A DNA stretch of 64,000 nt from an uncultured Planctomycetaceae bacterium (GCA_963815195.1 CAWFGE010000015.1:576001-640000); one strand, 5' to 3'. Counted from the stretch's first letter, positions 47,547-56,687 are shown. Notes: generated from the letters alone by a model not told the origin. Translations and numbers: made by a program.

Positions 47547-48322
47547 CGCTCCTCCCGCGCAAAATAGGCGTCCACATTGATGAGGGTTTCGGGAAAGATC
47601 ACGCGGCCGAGCATCTCGTCCAGGTTCCCCGTGTAGCCCGTCTCCCGGCGAATCTCTTCGAGCGTGCCGTCGATGGCGATGCGGCCCTCGCGAATCACGA
47701 TCAAGCGGTCCGCGATTTCCGCGACGAGTTCGGGCACGGGCGACGTGAGCACGATCGTCACGCCCTGCTCCAGCGACAACCGCCGGAGCACCTGCTTGAG
47801 CGCCATGATCCCGGACGGATCGAGCCCGCCGGAGAACGGCTCATCCAAGAGCAGCACCTCCGCATCCGTGACCAGCGCGGACGAGAGCGCGATCTTTTTC
47901 TGCTGCCCGGCCGAGTAGGTGCGGATCGGCGAATCCGCGAGTTCGGCCAATTGAAACAGATTCAATAGCCGCTGGGCATGGTCGACCAGCCGGTTCTCGT
48001 CGATTTCATAAATCCGGCCGACGGCGAGCAAAAACTCGCGGCCGGTGCGGTTCTTGGGGAGAAAGGCGCGGTCCGGGAGAAACACGACTCGCTTGCGGAG
48101 GGCGAGTTCGTTTTCCACGCTCGACCGCCGGCGGAGGCCCTCGATCTCGACGTAGCCGTGCTGCGGTTCCAACACGCCGCCGAGCACGCTGAGCAGCGTC
48201 GTCTTCCCCATCCCGTTCGGCCCGATCACCACCGACCGGCTCCCCGCCGGGATGTCGAGCGAGATATTCTTCAAGACGGGTTTGACGCCGTAATGCTGGG
48301 TGACATCGACCACGCGAATCAT
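47543..48322 (-). CDS. ABC transporter ATP-binding protein
   Basis: GPNGMGKTT, YSAGQQKK, LLLDEP. Confidence 0.92.
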   Translation of the reverse strand: MIRVVDVTQHYGVKPVLKNISLDIPAGSRSVVIGPNGMGKTTLLSVLGGVLEPQHGYVEIEGLRRRSSVENELALRKRVVFLPDRAFLPKNRTGREFLLAVGRIYEIDENRLVDHAQRLLNLFQLAELADSPIRTYSAGQQKKIALSSALVTDAEVLLLDEPFSGGLDPSGIMALKQVLRRLSLEQGVTIVLTSPVPELVAEIADRLIVIREGRIAIDGTLEEIRRETGYTGNLDEMLGRVIFPETLINVDAYFAREER

Positions 48323-48465
48323 CAGGAGACCTTGTCCCGGGGCTTCGATTGTGCGATAGATTGGGAAACGCAGTGCACAAGGAACAGGTTCACCGCAATC
48401 CGCCGGAATTGCAAGACGGAGATTGGTAAAACGCGAGAGAGCAAGAGCAGATAGGGGTAGTCCCT

Positions 48466-48583
48466 GTAGGGCAGGCTCCCGCCTGCCTTTCTTTCGGAGT
48501 AGGTTCCCGGGAACGTGTGCACGGCGAGAATTGGGCATTTCAACAATGACCAACAAAAGAAGGCAGGCGGGAGCCTGCCCTAC
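48466..48583. repeat. GTAG-type REPIN A
   Basis: GTAGGGCAGGCTCCCGCCTGCCTT ... AAGGCAGGCGGGAGCCTGCCCTAC perfect inverted arms. Confidence 0.9.
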
Positions 48584-48605
48584 TCGGTTCTAAGGAGCAA
48601 TCGCC

Positions 48606-48977
48606 GTGATTAGCGATACCGACATGTGTCAACGACTCAACCTTGTGCGGACATTCGGATCGTTCGTTCTGCAAGAAGTGGGTGGGGAAGGTGACGCGAA
48701 TGTCATTTCCGTAAAGGCTGTCCCGAAAGCCACTGGCGTATACTGGATTGGAGGGACGACCGTTGCCAAATCCGGTGTGGAAATAGACTCTGTCTTTCGA
48801 GTCGATACCAATACCGGAGGCACCCTACTATCGGTCTTCTGGTGGATCAGTGGGAAATGGTATAAACATGAAGATGATGATGCGTTAGTCGCGTTAGGGC
48901 TATTAAAGGAAGAAGCATTTCCGTTCGACTGGCGATTCACCACGCCATTGGAAGAGGATATTTTTCACCCCACGTAG
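48606..48977 (+). CDS. hypothetical protein, possible orphan immunity protein
   Basis: TAAGGAG RBS, lower GC, 123 aa, bounded by REP-like sequences on both sides. Confidence 0.6.
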   Translation: MISDTDMCQRLNLVRTFGSFVLQEVGGEGDANVISVKAVPKATGVYWIGGTTVAKSGVEIDSVFRVDTNTGGTLLSVFWWISGKWYKHEDDDALVALGLLKEEAFPFDWRFTTPLEEDIFHPT

Positions 48978-49063
48978 GCGGCGGGGTGGCACTGTTAGTT
49001 CTGTTAATTCGGGGTTGTTAACAGTCTTTCGGGTGCCACTGGCAACTTGTTGCCAGTGCTTTC
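48977..49063. repeat. 87-bp direct repeat, copy 1 (CGGCGGGGTGGCA core plus two hairpins)
   Basis: one mismatch versus 49581-49667; includes ACTGTTA...TAACAGT and CACTGGCAAC/GTTGCCAGTG. Confidence 0.95.
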
Positions 49064-49144
49064 CAGCAGCATGGAATTGGAACGTTTCAAAACTCGATTG
49101 GATTATCCGATTCACACTGGCAGGCAAGCTGCCAGTGGCACCCG
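49030..49144. repeat. GGGTG-type REPIN
   Basis: CGGGTGCCACTGGCA ... TGCCAGTGGCACCCG inverted arms. Confidence 0.8.
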
Positions 49145-49187
49145 GCGTTTCTGACCTTCCACCTGCATTGCAATGAGGTTTACTAGA

Positions 49188-49541
49188 ATGACAGAGTTAT
49201 ACTTCGAAGAAGACGGCGTGGTTTCTTTATGGGTTGGCCAAAAGCGAGTTGCGACCGGATCAAATTTCCTTCGAGATAAATATGGGATCGAATATTATGA
49301 TCCAGATAACCAAGAGTGTGTTATAGAGGAATCGGTCACTCCCCTTTTTGACCTCCTATCGCAATTGTCGTACTCGGAGTCTTTTCGGGACGACGCATTT
49401 GAAGCTGCAAAGCATCTCGGCATCACGTCGGCACTATGGATAATGGCGCAATACGATTACGCCTATGATCCTGTTGCTGCCGGTTTGACTGCAATGCCTG
49501 ATGAACCTGTATTCATAGGTAGATTTGGCTGGCATGAATAG
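49188..49541 (+). CDS. Imm22-like immunity protein
   Basis: VVSLWVG, YGIEYYDPD.QE, LLSQLSYSESF, YDYAY, FIGRF pattern typical of the immunity 22 family. Confidence 0.7.
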   Translation: MTELYFEEDGVVSLWVGQKRVATGSNFLRDKYGIEYYDPDNQECVIEESVTPLFDLLSQLSYSESFRDDAFEAAKHLGITSALWIMAQYDYAYDPVAAGLTAMPDEPVFIGRFGWHE

Positions 49542-49580
49542 CACGATCCCGCCGGCAATCGCATTTCGGAGGAAGCCGAT

Positions 49581-49667
49581 GGCGGCGGGGTGGCACTGTT
49601 AATTCTGTTAATTCGGGGTTGTTAACAGTCTTTCGGGTGCCACTGGCAACTTGTTGCCAGTGCTTTC
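49581..49667. repeat. 87-bp direct repeat, copy 2
   Basis: near-identical to 48977-49063. Confidence 0.95.
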
Positions 49668-49721
49668 TAAGACGATCTTCCGAACGACATGAATCCCTCA
49701 ATCCGAAGAACGGACCCCAGA

Positions 49722-50105
49722 ATGGCAGACCGTCGAAAAACCGTGAAACACTACCATGAGCCGGGGGATTGTCACGAGCTGACGTTTTCCTGTTATCGCC
49801 GAATGCCGTTGTTGACCAATGATCCTTGGCGAAAGCTGTTGGCCAGGCAGATTGACACCGCCAACGAACGCCATGCGTTCCGTTTGGTCGCTTTTGTATT
49901 CATGCCGGAGCATCTGCATCTTTTGGTTTATCCCGTGGGAGAGTCGGAGGTCAGCGATTTGCTCAAGGCCATCAAGAAACCGTTTTCGTTCCGGATCAAA
50001 GGGCTTCTCAAAGAACAAAACAGTCCGTTGCTGAACCGCCTTACGATTCGAGAACGCCCCGGCAAGATGTCTTTCCGATACTGGCAAGAAGGAGGAGTGA
50101 CGTAG
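49722..50105 (+). mobile_element. REP-associated tyrosine (HUH/Y1, RAYT-like) transposase, 3'-truncated
   Basis: HELTFSCYRR, AFVFMPEHLHLL (HUH motif), RYWQEGG then a stop inside a GTAG REP; catalytic Tyr helix (YI..NP) missing. Confidence 0.85.
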
Positions 50106-50234
50106 GGCCGGCTGTGCCGGCCTTTTCGACGAAGGGAATCGTACTTATGCCCAATTGGCGGCTGGGTATGCCGGCCATTTGGTGCGAGAAAAATCGTTGT
50201 GTCAAAAACAAAAGGCCGGCACAGCCGGCCCTAC
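50102..50234. repeat. GTAG-type REPIN B
   Basis: GTAGGGCCGGCTGTGCCGGCCTTTT ... AAAAGGCCGGCACAGCCGGCCCTAC. Confidence 0.9.
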
Positions 50235-50271
50235 TCGGCTCATGCAAAGCCATGAGCATGCCACCCCGCCG

Positions 50272-50338
50272 AGTCAAAAGTGCCGTTGCCGTCGTCATCC
50301 ACGTATTTGGCGATCCGGCGGCCGAAGGCGTCGTAGAA
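50272..50338 (-). pseudogene. 22-codon fragment of an RHS/YD-repeat protein
   Basis: translates FYDAFGRRIAKYVDDDGNGTFD, a typical YD-repeat (YDxxGRR) unit. Confidence 0.6.
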
Positions 50339-50371
50339 CATGCTCATGCAAAGCCATGAGCATGCCACCCC

Positions 50372-50635
50372 GCCGTGCTGCGGTTCCAAGACGCCCCCCA
50401 GCACGCTCAACAGCGTCGTCTTCCCCATGCCGTTGGGCCCAATGACCACCGACCGGCTCCCCGCGGGGATGTCGAGCGAGATATTCTTCAACACGGGTTT
50501 CACGCCGTAATGCTGGGTGACATCGACCACGCGAATCATCGAGGAGACCTTGTGGAGGGGGGCTGCCATCGTGCGAGAGATTGCCGAACGCAGTGCACAA
50601 GGAACAGGTTCACCGCAATCCGGCGGAATTGCAAG
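50372..50635 (-). pseudogene. second, diverged copy of the first 56 codons and upstream region of the ABC ATPase gene
   Basis: aligns to 48155-48415; identical peptide, 12 substitutions in the coding part, all synonymous. Confidence 0.92.
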
Positions 50636-50887
50636 TCATGGATTTCTCAATCCGCCCAATGTACGATACCAATCGCCCCCCTGCCCCATTGCCGGCGAGG
50701 CCCAACCTGTTATTGCCGCGGCGGGGTGACATGCTCATGGCTTTGCATGAGCATGTCTTCTGCAGGTTCGATGAGTCCGCGAGGTGACTTTGCCATTGGA
50801 TTGAGGGGCCGTGTCTTTGATGCCGAGAAATCAGGGCTTCGTCAAAACTCATGCTCATGCAAAGCCATGAGCATGCCACCCCGCCGT

Positions 50888-51895
50888 TCACCCATTCAGC
50901 CAGAGGATGAGACTTAGGAGCGCTAACAAGATAACCCAAACGAGGATCGCCCGCCAAGTGGCCTTTTTGGCCCGTTCTGCTTCCCACCAGCTTCGAGGCC
51001 GAACTCCTTGTGCAAGAAATGTGGCGACACCGGCCAGATTGATACAGATAAGATTCGCCCCGGACAAAAGAAACGCCCCGAAAGCGAGTGTGAAGTCACC
51101 TTCCCCAACCAACATTCCGCAAACGACGAGTGGAGGTACCAGCGCCACAGCCACCATGACACCGATCACGGCCCCCGACAGTCCTTGGGTGAATGCCAAC
51201 GTTCCGGCGCAGCCGGCCGCTAAAGCCAATAAGATATCGCCTAGCCCAACCTCAGTCCGTGATGCGATGGCGGGAACAGCGGCATCGACCTGGAGCGGAA
51301 CGCCAATAACGACAGCACACGCAAAGGCCACAAGAACTCCGATGATGTTCGTTAACAACGCTCGGCGAAGAAGATCAAAATCCCCCAGCGTCGTCGCAAG
51401 CGACATGGCAACATTCGGGCCCAAGAGAGGAGCGATCACCATCGCTCCAATAATTACAGCGACATCGTCTCGCAATAGCCCCACCGCCGCGACGACGGCC
51501 GAGAGGATGGTCATCCCCAAGAAGACACGGGAAACGCCGAGTCCCTCACTGACCTCGGCGTAGAGTTCCTCGCGGCTAATCCGTTGCTGTGCCGTCTTCT
51601 GTTCCTCTTCTGAGGTGGATTTCGGCTCCGTGCTTTCCTTTTCCTCCGGCGCGACCCGAGGCAGAACCGCTTCGACCGGAAGCAAAATGACATGGAAGCC
51701 TTTGGTGTGGGCGTATTGTTGCTCAAACCGATCCATGATCAGCTCGGTTTCCTCGGCAGGAACTAATAAATGCAACACAATCTGGTTGGCATCGGTGTCT
51801 CGCCAGCGGCCAAGTATCTCATGCCCTTCGAGCAATTCCTTGAGTTGATCCTCGCTGCTCAGCGGAACGAAGATTTGCATGATACGAAGGTTCAT
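50888..51895 (-). CDS. TIGR00341 / DUF389 family membrane protein
   Basis: AVIIGAMVIAPLLGP, IASRT, GVMVAVALVPPL, NLICINLA. Confidence 0.88.
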   Translation of the reverse strand: MNLRIMQIFVPLSSEDQLKELLEGHEILGRWRDTDANQIVLHLLVPAEETELIMDRFEQQYAHTKGFHVILLPVEAVLPRVAPEEKESTEPKSTSEEEQKTAQQRISREELYAEVSEGLGVSRVFLGMTILSAVVAAVGLLRDDVAVIIGAMVIAPLLGPNVAMSLATTLGDFDLLRRALLTNIIGVLVAFACAVVIGVPLQVDAAVPAIASRTEVGLGDILLALAAGCAGTLAFTQGLSGAVIGVMVAVALVPPLVVCGMLVGEGDFTLAFGAFLLSGANLICINLAGVATFLAQGVRPRSWWEAERAKKATWRAILVWVILLALLSLILWLNG

Positions 51896-51974
51896 CGTTC
51901 GTTCAAGTTCCAAATATCAGGGATTGGAATCGGACAGTTTGTTCAACAAACGTGTGGGGTGTTCTTTCTCCCAT

Positions 51975-52388
51975 TTAATCGAGTATCCCGTCCCAAAAGA
52001 AGAGTTGCCCGTCGACCGCTTTCACGGCTTTGACCTCCCCATCCTGAGACACGATCAAGCCAATGGCTTGCTCGCATTTGTGGCAGACGGAAAAAACCGA
52101 CTGGTGCCGCAGTCCCCACTGGTCACACAAGTACTCGGTCCCGGTCAGGGCATCCACTACAGCGGTTTCCGGCGGAAGGAGAAGGGGGAATCGCACGCCA
52201 AATCCTTGAAGTCGGAGGTGGCCATCGAGAAGAACGGCTCCATCAACGGCCGCCAGCAAGCTGATCTGACTGATGCCTCGAATCAGTTGTCGGCTCATGC
52301 GGTGCATCGAAAGTTCCGCCTGGCAGCGTGCCAATTCGGCCGTAGGATCTGATGAGGACTGCGGCGCACGCAGCAAATCATCCAGTAA
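51975..52388 (-). pseudogene. 3' fragment of a DAC (DisA_N)-fold domain gene, cut at a REPIN
   Basis: LAAVDGAVLL, GFG, WGLRHQSV, IVSQDGEV; frame stays open into the REP with no credible start. Confidence 0.65.
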
Positions 52389-52452
52389 GTAGGGTGGGCA
52401 CCGCCCACCAATGGTTTCCTGATTCCATGTTGGTGGGCGATGCCCATCCTAC
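52389..52452. repeat. GTAG-type REPIN C
   Basis: GTAGGGTGGGCACCGCCCACCAA ... TTGGTGGGCGATGCCCATCCTAC. Confidence 0.88.
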
Positions 52453-52479
52453 TTTCTACGGGGGACGCGAGACTGGATT

Positions 52480-53852
52480 CTAACCGAATAGCGCCGCGAT
52501 CGGGCGGCCTTCGCAGAATTTGAGGGGGCGGCCCAGGGGGTCGCGGAGCGTTTGGTCGGGGGCGATGCCCAGGGCCTCGTAGACGGTGGCGGCGTAATCG
52601 AGCGGGGAGACGGGGCGTTCTTCCGGGTAGCCGCCCTGCGAATCGCTGGCTCCGTAAACCGCCCCGCCCCGAATCCCGCCGCCGGCGAAGAGACCGGAAT
52701 AGCAGAACGGCCAATGCTCGCGCCCGGCGTTGCCTTGGGTGATATTCGGGCTTGCGGCCGAACTCGCCGACCCAGGCGACGAGGGTTTCGTCCAAGAGGC
52801 CGCGCTCGGAGAGATCGTCCAAGAGCGCGACGAGCGCGGTTTCCGCCGGCGGCAAGAGGTCGTTCTTGAGGCGATGGAAATTGTTGCTGTGCGTGTCCCA
52901 GAACGCGTGGCCGTCGTTGTGCCAGTTGACCGAAACCAACGGCACGCCGCGCTCGACAAGCCGGCGGGCGAGGAGCACGCTTTGCCCGTGGATATTCCGC
53001 CCGTAGCGGTCGCGGAGCGTGTCCGCTTCTTGGGAAAGATCAAACGCCTCGCGGGCGGCTTTCGCGGTCAATAGGCCGAAGGCTTGCTGTTGATAGCCGG
53101 TCCAGGACGCGTTCTCGGCCCGTTTCGCCAATCGGCCGCGGGCCTCGTCGAGCGAGGTCAGGAGTTCCTGCCGGCGGACGAGACGCTGCGCGGTGAGGCC
53201 GTCCTGCAGAGACGAGTTCCGGGACGTTCCAGCCGGGGGCGTTGGGGTCGCCGGTGACGAGAAACGGGTCGTACTTCTTCCCCAGCCAACCGCCGTGCTG
53301 TCCGGGAGCCCGGCCGCCGGGTGCTGCGGGGTGAAAGACTTTCCAGGGGACCATCACCGCCGCGGGCAGTTCGCCGGTACTGGGCCGAAGCTTCGCCAGC
53401 ACGGCCCCCATGTGCGGCGTATCTTTTTCGCTCGGCGGATCCTGATCGCTTTTGACGACCGGAGCCCAATGCCCCGTCACGGTCGCATGCCCGCTGGAAA
53501 GATGGGCGGCATCATCGTGCGAGAGCGAACGAATCACCGCGACCCGGTCCATCCGCCGGGCGATCTGCGGCAAATGTTCGCAAACGATGGTGCCGGGGAC
53601 GTTGGTGGCGATGGGATGGAACTCACCGCGAACTTCCGCGGGGGCATCGGGCTTGGGGTCCAGACGTATCCAGATGACTGGGACCGCCCCAGAGGAAAAT
53701 AAAGATGCAAGCCTTCGCCCTGCCCTCTTTCGGTGGCTTCGTCTTGGCGGCGAAGAGATCCGGAACGTGAGACCCAACGTGCCGAGCGTGCCGACTTCCA
53801 GCAACCGCCGGCGGTTTAGGACATGCATCGGCTGGTGATCGCGAGAATTCAT
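52480..53852 (-). CDS. DUF1501 domain protein (several frameshifts)
   Basis: LNRRRLL, CIFIFLWGGPSHLD, PKPDAPAEVRGEF, WDTH, GEFGRKP, GREHWP spread over three frames. Confidence 0.85.
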
Positions 53853-53895
53853 GGCTCGACTTCGACCGCAAGCGGTCGGCTTGGGTGGTTCTTGT

Positions 53896-55257
53896 CTAAA
53901 ACAACTCCTGGATCACGTGGCCGTGGTCGATGGCGGGGACGGGGCGGCCGGCGTGGTTGGTGAAGCTGATGTGGGGATCGACGCCCAGGACGCGGAAGAT
54001 CGTGTGGTGGATGTCGCCGGGCCGTTTGGGGTTTTCCTGCGGGGCCTGGCCCAAGCGGTCGGTCGAACCGATCAGCCGCCCGCCCTGCACTCCCCCGCCG
54101 CCCATCAGGCAGAACATCGAGTTGCCCCAGTGGTCGCGGCCGGGCGTGCCCATGCCGCTGCCGTCGTTCATTTTGGGAGTCCGGCTGAACTCGCCGCAGA
54201 GCACGACCAACACGCGGTCCAACAGCCCGCGCTGGTGCAAGTCTTCAAACAGGGCCGAGACGAGCTGATCGATCTGTGGCAGATAGCGGTCGTAGCCTTC
54301 TTTGAGGTTCCAGTGATGATCCCAGCCGCCGAAGTGGCAGGTGACGAACGTGGCCCCGGCTTCGACCATCCGGCGGGCCAACAGCGTGCTTTGGCCCCAA
54401 CTCGTCCGGCCGTAGCGGTCCCGCAAACGAGGATCTTCGCTTTGAATGTCGAAGGCCTTGCGGGCCGAGGGGCCGGTGACCATCTCGAATGCGTTTTGCT
54501 CGAAGCGGTTCATGGCGTCCATCATGCCGGTCTGGTCGGCTTCTTTGCGGAGGGTATCAAACTGCGACAAAAGCGCCCGGCGGTTTTCCAATCGCTGGAC
54601 GTCGAGGCCGCCCGGCAAGTTGATGTTCTGCACCTGGAAGCGGGGGGAGTTGGCGTCGGAGACGGTTTCGAAGGGATCGTGCTGGACGCCCAGGTAATTC
54701 CCGCCGAAGTAACCGGGGCGGAGGCCGATGCTCATCCCGTAAGGAATCGCCACGTTCGCGGGCATGCCGGGCTTTCGCGCCCCGAGGAGTTTGGTGGCGA
54801 TGGAGCCGACGAAGGGATATTTGCCGGCGTTGTTGGCCCCGCTGACTTCGCCGCGGCCGGTGAGCATCCAATGCCCGCCGGTGAAGTGGTCGCCGGTGTC
54901 GTGGTGCAGGGAGCGGACGATGGAGAATCGGTCGGCGACTTTCGCCTGCAGCGGGTACATTTCGGTGACGTCGAAGCCGGAGACGTTGGTGCGGATGGGC
55001 CGCCAGATGCCTCGGTATTCCGCCGGGGCTTCGGGCTTCATGTCGTACATGTCCATGTGGCCTGGGCCGCCGTCGAGCCAGAGCAGAATCACGGCGGTGT
55101 CTTTCTTTTCGCCGCCGGCGTTCTGGGTGGACTCTTTGGCTTGGAGAAGCTGGGGCAGGCTCAATCCGCCCATGCCCGCCATGCCGACTTGGAGAAAGCT
55201 CCGCCGCGAAACGCGGTCGCAATACCGCCCTGCCCGTCCTGCATCAATCCGCAACAT
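53896..55257 (-). CDS. DUF1501 domain protein
   Basis: SRRSFL, WLDGGPGHMD, WDHH, GEFSRTP, GRDHWG. Confidence 0.92.
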   Translation of the reverse strand: MLRIDAGRAGRYCDRVSRRSFLQVGMAGMGGLSLPQLLQAKESTQNAGGEKKDTAVILLWLDGGPGHMDMYDMKPEAPAEYRGIWRPIRTNVSGFDVTEMYPLQAKVADRFSIVRSLHHDTGDHFTGGHWMLTGRGEVSGANNAGKYPFVGSIATKLLGARKPGMPANVAIPYGMSIGLRPGYFGGNYLGVQHDPFETVSDANSPRFQVQNINLPGGLDVQRLENRRALLSQFDTLRKEADQTGMMDAMNRFEQNAFEMVTGPSARKAFDIQSEDPRLRDRYGRTSWGQSTLLARRMVEAGATFVTCHFGGWDHHWNLKEGYDRYLPQIDQLVSALFEDLHQRGLLDRVLVVLCGEFSRTPKMNDGSGMGTPGRDHWGNSMFCLMGGGGVQGGRLIGSTDRLGQAPQENPKRPGDIHHTIFRVLGVDPHISFTNHAGRPVPAIDHGHVIQELF

Positions 55258-55343
55258 CAGAAAGCCCTTTCACACACGAAATCACCGAACCCATCAAGGT
55301 TCACGCATTTGTATAAGTGTAGAAAGGAGGTTGCGAAGTGTAA

Positions 55344-55455
55344 AGGCGAGCGGACCAACCTGCGGTCGGTGCCCGCGTGAGCCCCATGATCGTACGAAAA
55401 AAGCGAGTGTGATGGTTGCTGAAAAAATCATGGGGCTCGCGCCCCACGCTCGCCT
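55344..55455. repeat. REPIN (AGGCGAGC / ATCATGGGGCT family), intergenic copy
   Basis: AGGCGAGCGGACCAACCTGCGGTCGGTGCCCGCGTGAGCCCCATGAT ... ATCATGGGGCTCGCGCCCCACGCTCGCCT. Confidence 0.88.
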
Positions 55456-56198
55456 TATCCGAACGCCCCCTGGTTGGGCGAGATCATTGTGTTGGCTTTG
55501 ACGCATTCGATGAGGTTGGTCTGCACGACTTGGCGGTACATGTCCGGCAGGTGGCCATCGCCGCCGCAGACGAGGCATTTGAAAAAGCCGACTTTGCCGT
55601 TGCCCGCGCAGACTTTGCACTCTTTGCCCTCGATGGGATTGCCCCGCAGGTCGCCCTCGAAGGACCAGGCGTTTTCGAGGGTGCGGGCGGTGAGCCAATA
55701 GGTGTAGCCCAACGGGTCGGCCATTTTGAAGATCTCGCCCCGGCGGTGGCCGATGACCACGGTATAATGCCAGGTCTTCCGCGAGCTGCGGACCAGGACG
55801 ATCGGGGGGCGATTGTCTTCGACGGACTTCACGACATCGTCGAGCTGGGCTTGTTTTTTGAGGGTGTTGGCGAGGCCGTATTTCGTGAGAGCTTTCTGGA
55901 CCTTGCTCGGCCAGGTGAAGCCGACTTCGTCGTCGCCCATTTTGAACAGCGTGGTTCCCGCGATTTCCTTGAGCTTGGGAACGTCCACCAGGACGCCGTA
56001 GTATTTCAAAACCATCGAGCAGCATGTCGGCCCGCAACTGATTTTGTCTGGCTGCCGGATCACGGGGAAGTTGGACAACAAAACTCCGACGGGGTTGGCG
56101 GCCGAGGCGGAGGCGAGAAACGGCGAGAGCCCGCAAGCGGCTCCACAGGCGGCGGCGCGATGCAGGAATTGGCGGCGCGAGAGGTCACGTTCGGACAT
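55455..56198 (-). CDS. Tat-exported C39-like cysteine peptidase with C-terminal CxxCxGxG zinc-finger pair
   Basis: SRRQFL Tat motif; QPDKISCGPT, WHYTVVIG, MADP triad; CKVCAGNG and CLVCGGDG. Confidence 0.75.
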   Translation of the reverse strand: MSERDLSRRQFLHRAAACGAACGLSPFLASASAANPVGVLLSNFPVIRQPDKISCGPTCCSMVLKYYGVLVDVPKLKEIAGTTLFKMGDDEVGFTWPSKVQKALTKYGLANTLKKQAQLDDVVKSVEDNRPPIVLVRSSRKTWHYTVVIGHRRGEIFKMADPLGYTYWLTARTLENAWSFEGDLRGNPIEGKECKVCAGNGKVGFFKCLVCGGDGHLPDMYRQVVQTNLIECVKANTMISPNQGAFG

Positions 56199-56447
56199 AG
56201 GCAGGTCCGGCTTTGAGGCCAAATCAAGATGTGAAGGTATCCATCCTGAAGAATGAACTGCCTGATGCAGCTCATCCTAAGCCCCAAAATCGGTTCGCTC
56301 GGGCGCACAGATTGACCCGCGACATCGCTGTTCGCCGGGCTCGCGAGGTTTTGACAGCGCGAACGCGGCAGAACCGGCAGGAGCAATGCGTTCCCTGCAT
56401 TCGATACATTTTACCAGATGCTGATGTGACTTGCCAGGATTTTCTTT

Positions 56448-56687
56448 TTACTGGGCGGTCACGAGGAAGGTCCAGATGGCGACCAGCAGCATCACAATCA
56501 CGGTATAGAAGAAGAACAGGCTCAACATTTTGCCGATCACGCCGCCCGCGTGGCGATCTTCCGAGCCGAAATAGGTCATCTCGTCTTTATCGAACAGGTC
56601 CTTGGGCGGAGCGATCTCGGGAACGACCGGTTTCTCGATTTCCTGGCCTTGCTGTTCCGGGGTTTGAAGAGTGCTGGTTTCGGTCAT
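56448..56687 (-). CDS. small membrane protein
   Basis: GGAGAGG RBS, acidic N-terminus, C-terminal TM helix. Confidence 0.65.
   Translation of the reverse strand: MTETSTLQTPEQQGQEIEKPVVPEIAPPKDLFDKDEMTYFGSEDRHAGGVIGKMLSLFFFYTVIVMLLVAIWTFLVTAQ

Larger units (their letters stand above)
50238..50886. repeat. four copies of REP CGGCGGGGTGRCATGCTCATGGCTTTGCATGAGC
   Basis: copies at 50238-50271, 50339-50375 and 50850-50886 (minus sense) and 50719-50756 (plus sense). Confidence 0.9.

Noticed and set aside
48977..49667. Integron attC sites
   Set aside because: GTTA-containing motifs are present, but there is no RYYYAAC...GTTRRRY pairing at the ends and no IntI-type integrase in the window.
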